A DNA stretch of 64,000 nucleotides from Zygnema circumcarinatum SAG 698-1b (taxonomy: Eukaryota > Plantae > Zygnematophyceae): positions 372,001 to 436,000 of the forward strand of contig CM074820.1 in NCBI GenBank assembly GCA_037447605.1, written 5' to 3'. The notes beneath the pieces are model-generated. The model did no database searches and was not told the origin of the DNA. It saw only the letters and a program-made list of their open reading frames with translations. A program made the translations under genes and the position numbers. This document shows, piece by piece, positions 37,201 to 48,996 of this stretch (positions are counted from its first letter, which is position 1; every line of letters starts with the position of its first letter).

Positions 37201-37635
37201 GACATTCTTATTATAAAGGAGTTTTAGAGCCGTGAGCTTTCTCCTATACTCTCTCGTGTGTGATTTCCGCTGTGCTCGTCTCTGCGTTCATTCTGTGAGT
37301 TATGGGCTATGAGTGAAGTGAGATAGAGTGAGAGAGAGTGAAGATGTCTTCATCGGTGGGAACCGGAGTTCCAATGGAGGGCGACACGCGAGGTGGCGCC
37401 GGGAGCAGCGAGCAGATCCAGACTCCAACACAAATGTCGGACTCCCGGCCGTACTGTCCGTACCGACCGTACGGTCCGTACGGTCCATACTATCCGTACG
37501 GTTGCGCGGTCGGTCTCGCCGCCGCGCGCACGCTGAAGTAAGTCCGTCCCCATACATGTCACACCTAGAAGCACACCCCTAGGAACTAAGCGCCAACACA
37601 AACATGCTAATCTGAACTAACTATGTACACTAACA
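25295..37635 (-). mobile_element. Ty1/copia element D (frameshifted) with copia E nested in its 5' LTR
   Basis: TSD GTTAT at 25290-25294 and 37636-37640; 3' LTR 25295-26200; PPT 26201-26212; 5' LTR 30525-~31217 plus 37431-37635; PBS ~30512-30522; gag knuckle KGTCFTCGK (~29850), NGAAERVNRT, YKARLV, YGLKQAPR, YTDADWGGD. Confidence 0.9.
31218..37430 (+). mobile_element. Ty1/copia element E (heavily frameshifted), opposite orientation, inside the D 5' LTR
   Basis: 5' LTR ~31218-32186, degenerate PBS TGGTATGAGGCC 32189-32200, PPT AAGAGGGGGAT 36472-36482, 3' LTR 36483-37430; MTLEQVKRRIKEED, YFITFLDDFSRK, YTDSDWGGDVDTSRSTS; TSD probably CAAAT (left copy imperfect). Confidence 0.88.
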
Positions 37636-38536
37636 GTTATCCGACTGAGATCCCGTGTGTTCTGTCTCTGGTGGGCCGCGGTGGGGACCTCAGGTTCGAA
37701 CGGCACTCCTCTCTTCACGGCATCTGCGGCCGTGACAGCGACTGGGCAGGCTGCAAGCTTGATCATCCGGCGTGCATATTGCCAGCGAAGTTTATGGCCA
37801 TCACTGCCTAGACGGAGTCGCTGCAGCTCTTCAATCGACTCGATCTGCTCAAGGTAAGCCAGACTGGGATAAGGGTTCTCTTCGGTGATGCCCATCTTCA
37901 GTCTCTCTCTGACTGCTTCTTCCTCTGAGTTTGAATCCGTCCTTGGATTTTCGATCGCCTGTTCTTCTTGAGGTCCCAAGTCTTCATCTGAATACTCATG
38001 AAGATCTGCTTGTCCCTCTTGTTCCAGCTCTTCATCCATGGCGGCTGTGACACGGGTCACGGGATCGGCGGCCTCACGTATCAAGGTACGTGGATCTGCA
38101 AAACCTTCAGCTCTGATAACAAGATAAGTGGGGTTAAGAGGAGATCACTGAGCTAGTCAAGGTGTTGTACTGCTACTCGCTGCGGCGCAAGGTCAAAACT
38201 AACAATGAAGGGCTGGGTTGGTTCTGCGGGTCTGCCCGCAAGATAGAGCCGTGATCCCGTGAGATTCGTGAGGTACGCCAAGTAAATGAAGACGGTAGGA
38301 TCCCCGGGGCGATGTTCCCACCTACGCTAGATTCCTCGACAAGCAAAGAGCCCTTCCTTGGGGGCTCTCCTCCCCTGTCCTCTCCTCGGCTAGTCTCTTA
38401 GCTAGGCTTCTAGTTATCATTGGTCATTGGGAGGGATGTAAGGTAGGATAGCACAGGATGGTAGCTTGGCATAGTGACAGCAAAGGGAAAACAGGACTCA
38501 ACTTAGATAAAGATTGTATTTTGGAAAGTCACCCCA
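37636..38536 (-). mobile_element. Element F 5' end: 408-bp LTR (38129-38536), PBS-like TGTTATCAGAGC (38110-38121), ORF start MDEELEQEG at 38040
   Basis: Termini TGGGGT...ACCCCA; PBS one mismatch from the iMet PBS; ORF 37617-38084. The LTR right end coincides with an N gap. Confidence 0.6.
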
Positions 38537-38546
38537 NNNNNNNNNN

Positions 38547-38785
38547 TCTCAATGTATGAGTGAATTCACTATTAAGGAGTTTTAGAGCCAGGAGCTTTCT
38601 CCTATTCATTTCTCTCTGTTATTCCGCTGTGCATTATTTGCTGTGATTCACTCTGTGAGTAAAATGGGCTATGAGTGAATGTGAGAGATTTGAAGATGTC
38701 ATCGTCGATTGGAACGCGAACTCCGATGGAGGGTGACCCGAATGGAGGAACGGACGGCAGCAGTGGAGGAGTCCCTGCACCAACA
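38547..38785 (+). repeat. A-family LTR 3' end (solo or 3' LTR; remainder lost in the N gap)
   Basis: Reverse complement of the 1676-1900 type sequence, ending GTCCCTGCACCAACA; not followed by a PBS. Confidence 0.85.
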
Positions 38786-38844
38786 TCGATTGCGTCAGAA
38801 ACCAAACAATTTGCAATGTGATAATGTCACTTGACTTGCCAATA

Positions 38845-39480
38845 GCGCGTGTCAGACTTAACAAAATGTTACGAATATCGAGTTTTTAGTATTACGAGAA
38901 TCAATGTTACGAAGTACTAAAAATCATCGCGCCCCCGAACCTAAACCGAACCGAACGGAAGTCAACTGTGCTAAGTCAACGGGTCAACGTTGCGAAGATT
39001 GACCCGTGGGGTTTCTTGAAATTGCATTTCTTACGCGATTTTGTTAAGCACCCAAAAGAGGCGCCGAAATGGACGTGTGAAGAAAATACTGGCGAAATCG
39101 TGCCACCGCTATGCCATGTTGTTTCCCGCTTCCCGCCCGCGTCGCGCGCGCCGCGCTACGCGCAACATGACACGACAGCGGCCCCGCGCCGCGCGTCGGC
39201 GCTGGTTCCAGCTGAGGGCCCCGTCGCGAGCGAGTCGCGAGATGGTGTTTGGAGGGAGTGCCAGACGCCATCGCGGAGTGCGAACAGGACCGCGCCGCGA
39301 GTGCGAGAAACTACACTCGGGAATTTTAGTTTTACTGACGTTGACTCGAAATGTTACGAATATCGAGTTTTTAGTATTACGAGAATTTTTGAAGTCTGAC
39401 ACGCCCTACTGACGTTGACTCGAAATGTTACGAATATCGAGTTTTTAGTATTACGAGAATTTTTTAAGTCTGACACGCCC
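38845..39480. mobile_element. MITE-like non-autonomous DNA transposon with duplicated right end
   Basis: TIRs G(C/G)GCGTGTCAGACTTAA at 38845 and AAGTCTGACACGCCC ending 39406 and 39480; flanked by TA; 74-bp tandem repeat x2 (39333-39480); a shared 37-bp block recurs at ~38865. Confidence 0.6.
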
Positions 39481-40436
39481 TAATGGAGGCTTTTGCTGGC
39501 TTGTCTTCCGTTGCTGACGTCATCCAGAACCAGGTTTCTCGCTCGTTAGCCATCTACGTGGGGCCTGAAACAAATGGATTTCCCCACGACCCTCCTTGAC
39601 CACTCTGTACGGTCACCGGCCGGCAACTTTCAACTACCCGCCCAGAAAGTGAAAGTTACCGGTCGCCGGCACGCGTCCGAGGTTTCCGGCCGGCAGAAGT
39701 TTTCCACTTCCGGGGTCCGCCGTGGCTCGAAGCGCCAACCGGCCGGCTCGGAATGCGAACGGCCGTTCCCGGCAGGCCGCCGGCCGGCCGGCTGGATCCA
39801 CCGCCAGATTCACCGCCAGATCCACCGCCAATTTTTTCTCGCAAGCTTTTCCCATTCGACTGTTGGAATTTCGCTTTTTCCGTACAGTTTACAAGAAGGT
39901 CCTAGACACGTGGCACGACCAGCGGCGAAATCTCGTGACTATATATTCCAGTTGGATCATCGAACGGACAGGAATATGACACGCTGCATTGAATCGCATC
40001 CGATCGTCCATTTCCCCGGTCCCCGCTTCGTCTTCCGCCGATTCCGTACACCCAAAACGGAATCGCCTTCAAACTTCGTAGGCGTCAGTTCGTACACTCC
40101 TGACAAGTTCTTACAGACAAATCTCCACCGTTCAAATATGTAAGGCTCCAAAATTTCATATTGTACGCTGATCCAACGGTCGAGACGTAACGACGATCTG
40201 ACAGCTTGAACCTCCAATGTGAACATTATATCCTGTCGTTTTCGCTCCGCGTCGGTCGCCCGCAACCGGACACCTTAAAGCGACAGAATCGCACAAACGA
40301 CAAACAAACGGCTGGGCGGCACACAAGTGCGAGTCCCCACACGTGTGCCGATGTCAGCCCTGAACCCTAACGACGGCCCTCGGAAGTCGGACGGCCCCCG
40401 GGACTGTTGGGTCTTCTCCCTCCCCCTCTCCCCCTC

Positions 40437-40483
40437 GCTCTCGCTCTCTCTCTCACACACTCCTCTCTCTCTCTCACACACTC

Positions 40484-40515
<32 letters not shown>

Positions 40516-40600
40516 CTCTCTCTCTCTCTCTCTCCCTCTCTCTCTCTCTGTCTCTCTCTCTCTCGCTCTCTCTCTCTCTGCCTATCTCTCACTCTCTCTA
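40437..40600. repeat. (CT)n/(GA)n microsatellite upstream of the kinase (possible GAGA element / 5' UTR)
   Basis: Directly visible CT-rich run. Confidence 0.8.
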
Positions 40601-40711
40601 TCCCCTCGACTCCTTTGTCTGAGAGTCCAACTTCCCCATTTTTCTCTCTCCTCTCTCTTCACTTCCTCTCTCTCTCTCTCTCTCCCTACCTCACTCTCTC
40701 AATCGCTCGAA

Positions 40712-43700
40712 ATGGGGTGTTTTGGGTTCGCCATGAAACGCAAAGTCCCCGAAAACCGGACCCCGGAGAACAGCTTCTCTACGATAAAATCGCGACCAGG
40801 TTCATCGAACCCGAGCTCCACCTCCCTCCCCCCGTCCCTCAAAGCTCCCTCCTCCAGCCCCAAGGGGCCCCTTTCCCGCTCTCCTTCCCTTTCCCCCTCA
40901 GCACGCAGCGAGAAGGAGAGAGGGAGGGAGAGGGAGACAGAGAAGGAGAAGGAGAGGGAGAGGGAGAAGGAGAGCCGGTTTGGAGGCCGCCCGCAACCTC
41001 TCCCGGCTCCCATCCTTCCTGCCTCTCCCTCAGGGAGACCGGCTCCCTCCATCAGGAAAAACTCGTCGAGATCAGAGAAAATTAGAACGGAAGAACGGGA
41101 CTATTCGCATGGGACAGCACTCAGTCGGTCGCGATCGGAGGGAGACCACCGTCTGCAGAATAGCGAAGTTGAGGGAGAGGGAGAGCTAACAGGAGGGGAA
41201 GGAGGTAGGAAGGAGAGAGGAGAGAGGGCGGGAGAGAGAGGAGGAGAGGCTCGCAGTGCGAGGGCGACGAATAGATCCGGCTCGAGGCGGCACACATTGT
41301 ACGCGTTCAGACTGGTGGAATTGGAGGCGATGACGAGGGATTTTGCGGTGGAGGGGTTTCTAGGGGAGGGAGGATTTGGGTCGGTATACCGAGGAGCCAT
41401 GGGGGACATGGACTTAGGCAAGCGGATCCCGGTGGCTGTGAAGGTGCTCAATATTGACGGACAGCAGGTGCGCATTCGTTTTATAAGGGAGTCAGTTTAT
41501 TTCAATGAGTTTTAACTGTAGAAGTTCACTATGGGCGTGCGCAATTAGTCGGCTTGTTTGCGAAGCTATTTGCCTTATTTATTTTAGAAAACGGGGTCCT
41601 CGAAGTTGTGGCTCTTTTGCTGTTTGGGGTGCCCCCCTTTCCTTCCCTTCCCTCCCTCCCACACTCCTCGCTTCCTGTCAATTCCATCCTCCCTTCCTTC
41701 CTCCCTCCCTCCCTCCCTCCCTTCCCTTCCTCCCTCCCTCCCTTCCTCCCTCCCTCCCTTCCCTTCCTCCCTCCCACCCTTCCTCCCTCCCTCCCTTCCT
41801 CCCTCCCTCCCTTCCTCCCTCCCTTCCTCCCTCCCTCCCTCCCTTCCTCCTCCCTCCCTTCCTCCCTTCCTTCCTCCCTCCCTCCCTTCCTCCCTCCCTT
41901 CCTCCCTCCCTTCCTCCCTCCCTTCCTCCCTCCCTTCCTCCCTCCCTTCTTCCTCCTTCCTCCTCCCTCCCTCCTTCCTCCCTTCCTTCCTCCCTCCCTT
42001 CCTCCCTTCCTTCCTCCCTTCCTCCCTTCCTTCCTCCTCCCTTCCTCCTCCCTCCCTTCCTTCCTCCCTCCCTTCCTCCCTCCCTTCCTCCCTCCCTTCC
42101 TCCCTTCCTCCCTTTCTCCCTTTCTCCCTCCCTTCCTCCTTCCCGTCCTCCCTCCCTCCCTTCCCCCCTCCCTCCCTTCCCCACTCCCTCCCTCCCTCCA
42201 TCTCCTCTGTCTTTCCCTATTCCCATTCTCCGATCTCCTCCCATATTCCCTCCTCCCCTAGGAAGAAACGTGAATAACACTACAGGACTTCCCATCCCCT
42301 TTGCCTGACTCGTCCTCTTTCCTTTGTTGGTGCCCTTCAGGGAGAGACAGAATGGTTAACAGAAGTCACGTTTTTGGGTCTCCTCCATCACCAAAACCTT
42401 GTCCGTTTAATCGGATATTGCGCGGAAGGAGACCAGCGGCTCCTTGTATACGAATTTCTTTCCAATGGAAGTTTAGAACATGCTTTGTTCCACCGCTCGG
42501 GAGACCATGTTCTCGGTTGGAGCAGGAGAATGAAAATTGCTCTCGGAGCTGCAAGGGGGCTCGCTTACTTACACGAGGAGGCTGAGCACCAGGTGGGTTA
42601 CTTTTTTTTTTTTTTTTTTTTTCATTTGGGGCTTGGCGTTGGAGGTATTTGGGTCTCTGACAATGGGTTGTGGATGAATACTTTGTATGGACGCATGTTC
42701 TTGTTCACATGAGTTCATCGGTCCTTGTACAATGCAAGAGATACCCCTTCGAGTGCTGTTAACTTGGGGATGTTTTGGTCCCCTTATTTCCTTACAGGTG
42801 ATTTATCGTGATTTCAAGACATCGAATATTCTTCTTGACAAAGACTACGAAGCGAAGCTCTCTGATTTCGGGCTTGCAAGGAGTGGTCCTGAAGGCGATA
42901 AGTCCCACGTCACAACTCGGGTCAGTAATTTTTTTTTTAATGTATCATACATGTCAGTATCGATGCTTCCAACTTTCTTTGAAAATTTGTCGTTCTTTCA
43001 TATCTTTCTGAAAAGTTCACTTTACAATGCCCTCACGCGCTAACTTTAAACATGTTAACATGGTAATGATCAGGTTATGCGTCTAGGAGAACCGCTGTTG
43101 AACCTTTTTTTGAACCTTTTGTTGAACCTTTTGTTGAACCTTTTGTTGAACCTTTTGTTGAACCTTTTTTTGAACCTTTTGTTGAACCTTTTGTTGAACC
43201 TTTTTTTGAACCTTTTGTTGAACCTTTTTTTGAACCTTTTGTTGAACCTTTTGTTTGAACCTTTTGTTGAACCTTTTTTTGAACCTTTTGTTGAACCTTT
43301 TGTTGAACCTTTTTTTGAACCTTTTTTTGAACCTTTTGTTGAACCTTTTGTTGATCCTTTTGTTGAACCTTTTGTGGTAGTTTTTTGGGCGGTATCCATT
43401 CTGAACTCATGACTCATGATGTTGTGTATCGATGCAGGTGGTGGGCACAGTGGGCTATGCGGCGCCCGAGTACATAATGACGGGCCACCTCACGACAAAA
43501 AGTGATGTATGGGGGTTCGGTGTTGTTCTCCTCGAGCTCCTCACGGGCCGAGTCTCCATGGACAAAAGCAGGTAGACTTGCTAAGATCAAAGAAACAAAC
43601 AAATGAACTTCTGCAAAAATCACAGTTGATCTGACACCCATCATCGATTCTTTCTAACCATGTCGAAACTTGTTTAACAATGCATTGTATGTTTCATGGG

Positions 43701-44373
43701 TTACATGGGTTACATGGGTTTTCTAACCATGCCGCACTTGTTTAACAATGCATTGCACGTTTCATGGGTTCCATGGGTTACATGGGTTTTCTAACCATGT
43801 CTCTTGTTTAACAACGCATTGTATGTTTCATGTGTTACATGGGTTTTCTAGCCATGTCGCACTTGTTCAACAATGCATTGTATGCTTCATGTGTTACATG
43901 AATTTTCTAGCCATGTCGCACTTGTTCAACAAACCATTGTATGTTTCATGTGTTACATGGGTTTTCTAGCCATGCCGCACTTGTTCAACAAAGCATTGTA
44001 TGTTTCATGCGTCTCATGAGTTTCCTAACAATGTAATGTATGTGTCCTCAGGCCTCGCGAGGAGCAAAGTTTGGTCGACTGGGCGCTGCCCTTCCTCGTG
44101 AACCCCTCCAAGCTGCACCGCATCATGGACCCCTCCCTCGCGGGCCGCTACTCCGTCAAAGGGGCGCAGCTCCTCGCAACCCTGATTCTGAACTGCCTCG
44201 ACCACAAGGCGAAGGCGCGCCCTAAAATGAGCGATGTGGTGCTCGCCCTCCTCCCCATACAGGACCTCCACGACATGGCGGGCTTCACTATGGAGGATTT
44301 TAGGGTTCCGAGCAGGAAGAGGGTCTCGGGGGTTCAGGCAGCAGCAGCGGCTGAAAAGACCGGGAAGAGTTAG
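40712..44373 (+). CDS. Receptor-like cytoplasmic Ser/Thr kinase, RLCK-VII (PBL/PBS1-like), 5 exons, ~528 aa
   Basis: Exons 40712-41467, 42341-42592, 42798-42920, 43438-43571, 44052-44373, all GT-AG and frame-consistent; MGCF myristoylation/palmitoylation motif, [48 protein letters not shown]. Confidence 0.95.
41636..42200. repeat. (CCTT/CCCT)n microsatellite in kinase intron 1
   Basis: Directly visible; produces spurious LPPS / GGRE ORFs. Confidence 0.95.
43098..43372. repeat. 12-bp minisatellite (TGAACCTTTTGT/TGAACCTTTTTT) in kinase intron 3
   Basis: About 23 tandem units between the donor at 42921 and the acceptor at 43437. Confidence 0.95.
43655..44025. repeat. ~59-68-bp tandem repeat (about 6 units) in kinase intron 4
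   Basis: Unit aacaatgcattgtatgtttcatgtgttacatgggttttctagccatgtcgcacttgttc with variants. Confidence 0.9.
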
Positions 44374-46829
44374 CTGGTGGTAATAGTAGTAGTAGTAGTA
44401 GAATTCGCTGTTTTAGGGGAAGAAAAAGGGGTAGAAATTAAGGTTCTTTTTGGCCCGAAAAAAAGGGTTTTTGTATGGTGGGGATATAAGCACACTGTGT
44501 AGGGAAATTTTGAGCAAGATTTCTTGGCAGAGTTTCCCTGCAGGAGTGTGAAAAGAGGAGCTGCAGCTTTCATTATTTATAAATAAGAATAATTCTAGTG
44601 CTTTGAGTATGAACATTGGGAGAGGGTTTTTGGATTTTAGAGGAGTCTTTAGGAGGGGTTTTACGTCCCCCTTCAGCACCCTAATGCAGGCCTTTCTCTT
44701 TACACGGGGTATCTTTGTAATTTATATTCATATCTTGTATTTTCCTTACGTATATATATTAGGTCAGATTAGTCTTTCTATTCAGAGAGAGGAGTCCCAA
44801 TTTCTAGTTTAAAGTCGGCATTATATATTATATATATATTTTTTAAAAGGTAAAAAGGATCTTACGCTTAATATTTTCACGATTTGTATGAATAACTGCA
44901 GTAAAGTTTTACCATCTTTGGAAACTGTTCATTTCAGAAATGCGATGTTGAGCGTGACATGGCATGGATATGACCGCATATTCGGTCCAGGTTAAGCCAT
45001 TTGTGACATCAGATCAATTCCAAAATGTTGCGGTTTCCAGGGCCGTTTTGGCGAAGAGTCCTCCTCCTCGCTTGTCGGAAAGGAAGGATGCGGCATTGCT
45101 CTCGCGCATGGCCCTGTTATGAATGGCGTATATTCATGTCCATGTTCAACAACAACATGGGGAACCACGACGAAACCCCCCCCGCTCCCACAAGGACAAT
45201 AGAAAAAAGCTATGAGCGGAAATGTACGTGTAGGCTCAACAACGCCACCCTATAAACAGCCGCGAAAGTGTTTAAAAGTAATGATTTATATATCCGAATG
45301 AACTTCCAATTTTCTTCTCCTTTGAACTTTGCTGACGCATTCGCAAACGTTGCTGATGTCACCTCTCTCGCGCGAACGGTTGAATACTTTTGATGAGGCG
45401 AGGTGGTGGGCCTTGAGGCTGCCCTTCAAAGTCAAGTGACTTTATTCCCGAAGTCAACCATGACATTATCAAGGACCAATGTATTGTTGTATATATGTCA
45501 TAGTAACGCCCTCCGTTAGTTCCCCCTCAACAACATCCACCATAGAACATCACGCAGTTCCGTCACAGTTCAGCGTTTAGTTTCACAGCCTCCAGTTCCA
45601 CGAGTTCTAAAACTGCGTGACACATGTCACGTGACAGCGTGACAGATATCACGCCGTGAAATCTGGGAGCGGTCTTCGTCTTGGAGCGACCAATAAGGCC
45701 CGCGTGACAGGTGTCACGAGAGTGACAGATGTCACGAGTACGGACATGATTATTGCGTATCCGCCGGCGCTGCCGCCGGCAGCGGCAGCACTAAAGAACA
45801 AAGGGCGGCTAGTCGACGACAGAGGTGACAGCTGTCGTATGCTGACATGGCAGGATTTGGTTGGCTGGAGTTCTGTCGTTAGTCAGAGAATGTCGGTGGA
45901 CGAGGTTTCGACGCAGCTGCCAGAAATGTCCGACTAATCGAAAACCACCGCGTGGCATCCCCTTCCTTGTCATAGGCCAGAAAACAGGAGACACGTTGCT
46001 CGTGGTTGTCCCACTCTCCCCAAAACGACAAACTGTCGGTGGGCCACGGGCAGAAAAACGGGCAAGGAAAAAGGTATTTTGACGTGACGTTTGTTTTTTT
46101 TTGAGTGGTCGAAAGGTCTTTTGCACGTGCGAGAGGAGACCGTCAAAGGTCGCTTCGATAAAGACAGCTGGGCGGAATTTGGGCGTTTTCGGGCAGAAAA
46201 AAAAACCGAGAACGTTTGATTGGCCCAAGGGAGCTTCACTGGCAGAAACAAAAAGTGACGACAACGTTTTATTGGTTGGTGAATTGTTTTTTGGCTGCCC
46301 TCAAGGTAAATTGCCTTTAATGTAACCAGGGCTGAACCGTCTCGGGCAGAAAAATAAATAGGTTTTGGGCAGATAACTTACGAGGGCTGGTGGTTGAGAA
46401 ACAATTGTGGAGTTCGGGCAGACATAAACTATTCCATTTCAAGCCCTTTAAAAAGAATTTCTAGCCCTGCGGGCCCCCGGATTGGGGGATCTGCCGACCC
46501 TCAGGTCGTCAGCCCTCGGCCCTGAGCGGAATTTTTCAAACTGGCCAGTTCCATGTAAATTTGAAATATTAGGAAAATCAAATCACGTCGCTTACATGCT
46601 TAAAGCTTACCTTCTCACCAATGGTTTGCTGCCACGTCATGTAAATTTTAAAGATTTTTAACTTCAATTTCTACCAGCGAAGCGTTCCGGTATGTTACTG
46701 AACGCTAAACGGCGTACACGGAACATAGAGGCCGGAACCAGCGCCTCTTGCGGTGCCGTCTTCGGCGCCCTCTCCCTCCTCCCTTCCCCTCTCTACCCCT
46801 CCCACTGCATCTCCTCCCTTCTCTCTCTT

Positions 46830-46862
<33 letters not shown>

Positions 46863-47080
46863 ACTCTCTCCCACTCTCCCTCTCTCTTTCTCTCTGTCTC
46901 CCTTCAGCAGGATGCGAAAACTTAGGGTTCCACAACCTGCGAGCCGTCTCCTATAGCCCCCATCTTCCCCTAAATTAGGGTTTCCCACTCCCTCCCTCCC
47001 TCCCTCCTTCCCTCCCTCCCTCTTCCTCTCCCCCCCCCCCCCCCCCCCCNNNNNNNNNNCCCCCCCCCCCCCCCCTCACA

Positions 47081-48936
47081 ATGCCGCCGAGCGCAGACTC
47101 CGCCATGGCGGCCCCCTTCGGTTCCATGCTCCTTCCGTCGCCCCCAACTGGCATGGAACAGAAGGCGGACCGCTACTTCGGCAAGAACACGCGGAGCGTG
47201 TCCTTCAACGGGCAGCTTCACGCCATGCCCGTCATCCCCGAGGAGGACGAGCTCTCCGCCACGCAGCTCAGCGGGGCGCAGAAGGTGCTCGACCTCCTCT
47301 TCTTCGCTCTGGACGGGGACGGGTACGACAGCATCCCCATGGATATGGGGTCCGTCAAAGGCAACGGAAACGGAAACGGAAACGGGAAGTCTGAGGAGTT
47401 TGAGGAGATGGGTTTCTCTGGTGTGGAGGAGAAGGGGAGGGGGGGGATGGGTGGGGAGAAGAGCATGTACTCCGTTGTGAGTGACGGATGGGGGTTGAAG
47501 TTCTTACGGAGCAAGGGGGCTAGAATTCACCATGTGGAGGATGAGGAGAATCTGGCGGAAGTGAAGGGGAGGGAGGTGGGAGGGAGAAGCGTGGGTGTGG
47601 GAGAGGGGTGGAAGGTTAGGGTTGCGGATGTAGATGTAGAGATGGGGATGGAGGCCAGGGTTCACCCTCCAATCTTAACGGTGGGGAGCGGAGGCCTATG
47701 CGTGAAATCAACAGAATCTGCAACTGGATGGCAGAATCTGTTCTACAAGTGTGCGGTGGCGACAGTTTTTGCTCTCATTTTTGTGGAGTTGGGGGCTTTA
47801 GTGGTGGTTTCGGCCTTCTTTTTTGGAGGGACAGCGCCTTTCATTTCTATTGTGGGAGGAGGAGGAGCGGTGATTATTGCATTGTTGGCCTTCAATATGA
47901 TGATGAGCAGGAAGGAGAAGATGATTCTGAGCGAGTATTTGAGAGAGAAGAGGAAGGTCAAAGTGGGAGCCTTGGCGAATGTCGCACATGGAACGACGGT
48001 GGTTGTGAAAGGAAAGGTTTCGGCAATCGACAGCAAAGTGATTCCATCGGAGCTGCAGACTGTTGGGGTGAGACAGGGCAGACACGCTCCCTTGTATGTT
48101 TGTATGCATGTTAATTTGTATGTGTGTATGTATGTATGTATGTATGTATGTATGGGATGGGATGGAATGGTTTTGTGGTGTGATGTTTGTCATGTGATGC
48201 GGTGTGCCCTAATGTTATGTTATGTATGGGATGTGACGGGGTGGGATGTGATGTTATGTTATGGATGTGATGGGGTGGGATGGGATGGGATGGGATGTGA
48301 TGGGATGTTATGTTATGTATGGGATGGGATGTTATGTTATGGATGGGATGGGATGTGATGGGATGTTATGTTATGTTATGTATGGGATGGGATGTTATGT
48401 TATGTATGGGATGGGATGGGATGGGATGGGAGATCTCTGGTCAGCTATTCAGTCAATTTTCCTTTCCCTCAGTCAGTCTGCTCCAACTACTCCTATCTTC
48501 AGTCCCCTTACTTTCATTTCCTAATTTTTTGACTTGTGTGTGTGGGGCCCACACTCTGCAGAGCTGCCTCCTTGTGGACACGTGTCTGCAGTCAGCGAAG
48601 CAGAAGAGGCGCCACGTGTTCAAGTGCAAAGAGCATGTGAGGCAGACACGTGCCGTCAGTTTCAGTATTACGGACGAGGAAACTGGCGCATGTGTCCTGG
48701 TTAACGCCTCCGCCGCGGCCGAGCTCGGCCTCGTGGTTCCCTTGGTGCGCCTCTCGACCGCCCTCCCTCTCACCGGAAACTTGAACCTCGTAAGGTGGCT
48801 GGGAGACGAGGAGGCTGTACGGAACGCTCAGGCTATCTGTAAGGATGCCCAGCTTACGGTACACGAAGGGTGAGTCTCTCCCTCTCTCTCTCTCTCCCTC
48901 TCTCTCTTTCTGTGTCTCTCTGTGTCTCTCTCTCCC

Positions 48937-48996
<60 letters not shown>

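Noticed and set aside
39333-39480. 74-bp direct repeats (and the ~59-bp repeats at 43655-44025) as a CRISPR-like array
   Set aside because: No unique spacers, eukaryotic context and no cas genes; these are ordinary tandem repeats.
41505-42308. Pro/Ser/Leu-rich and Gly/Arg/Glu-rich ORFs of 200-270 aa
   Set aside because: Stop-free translations of an intronic CCTT/CCCT microsatellite.
43070-43417. KKGS/TKGS repeat ORFs resembling histone-tail or basic repeat proteins
   Set aside because: They are translations of a 12-bp minisatellite inside a well-defined kinase intron, open in several frames on both strands.
46327-46520. hAT-like element bounded by CAGGGC...GCCCTG
   Set aside because: The inverted match is only ~7 bp and there is no 8-bp target-site duplication.
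47028-47077. Poly-C/G-quadruplex regulatory element before ATG 47081
   Set aside because: The run is interrupted by an N gap, so its length and continuity are unknown; it probably marks an assembly break.
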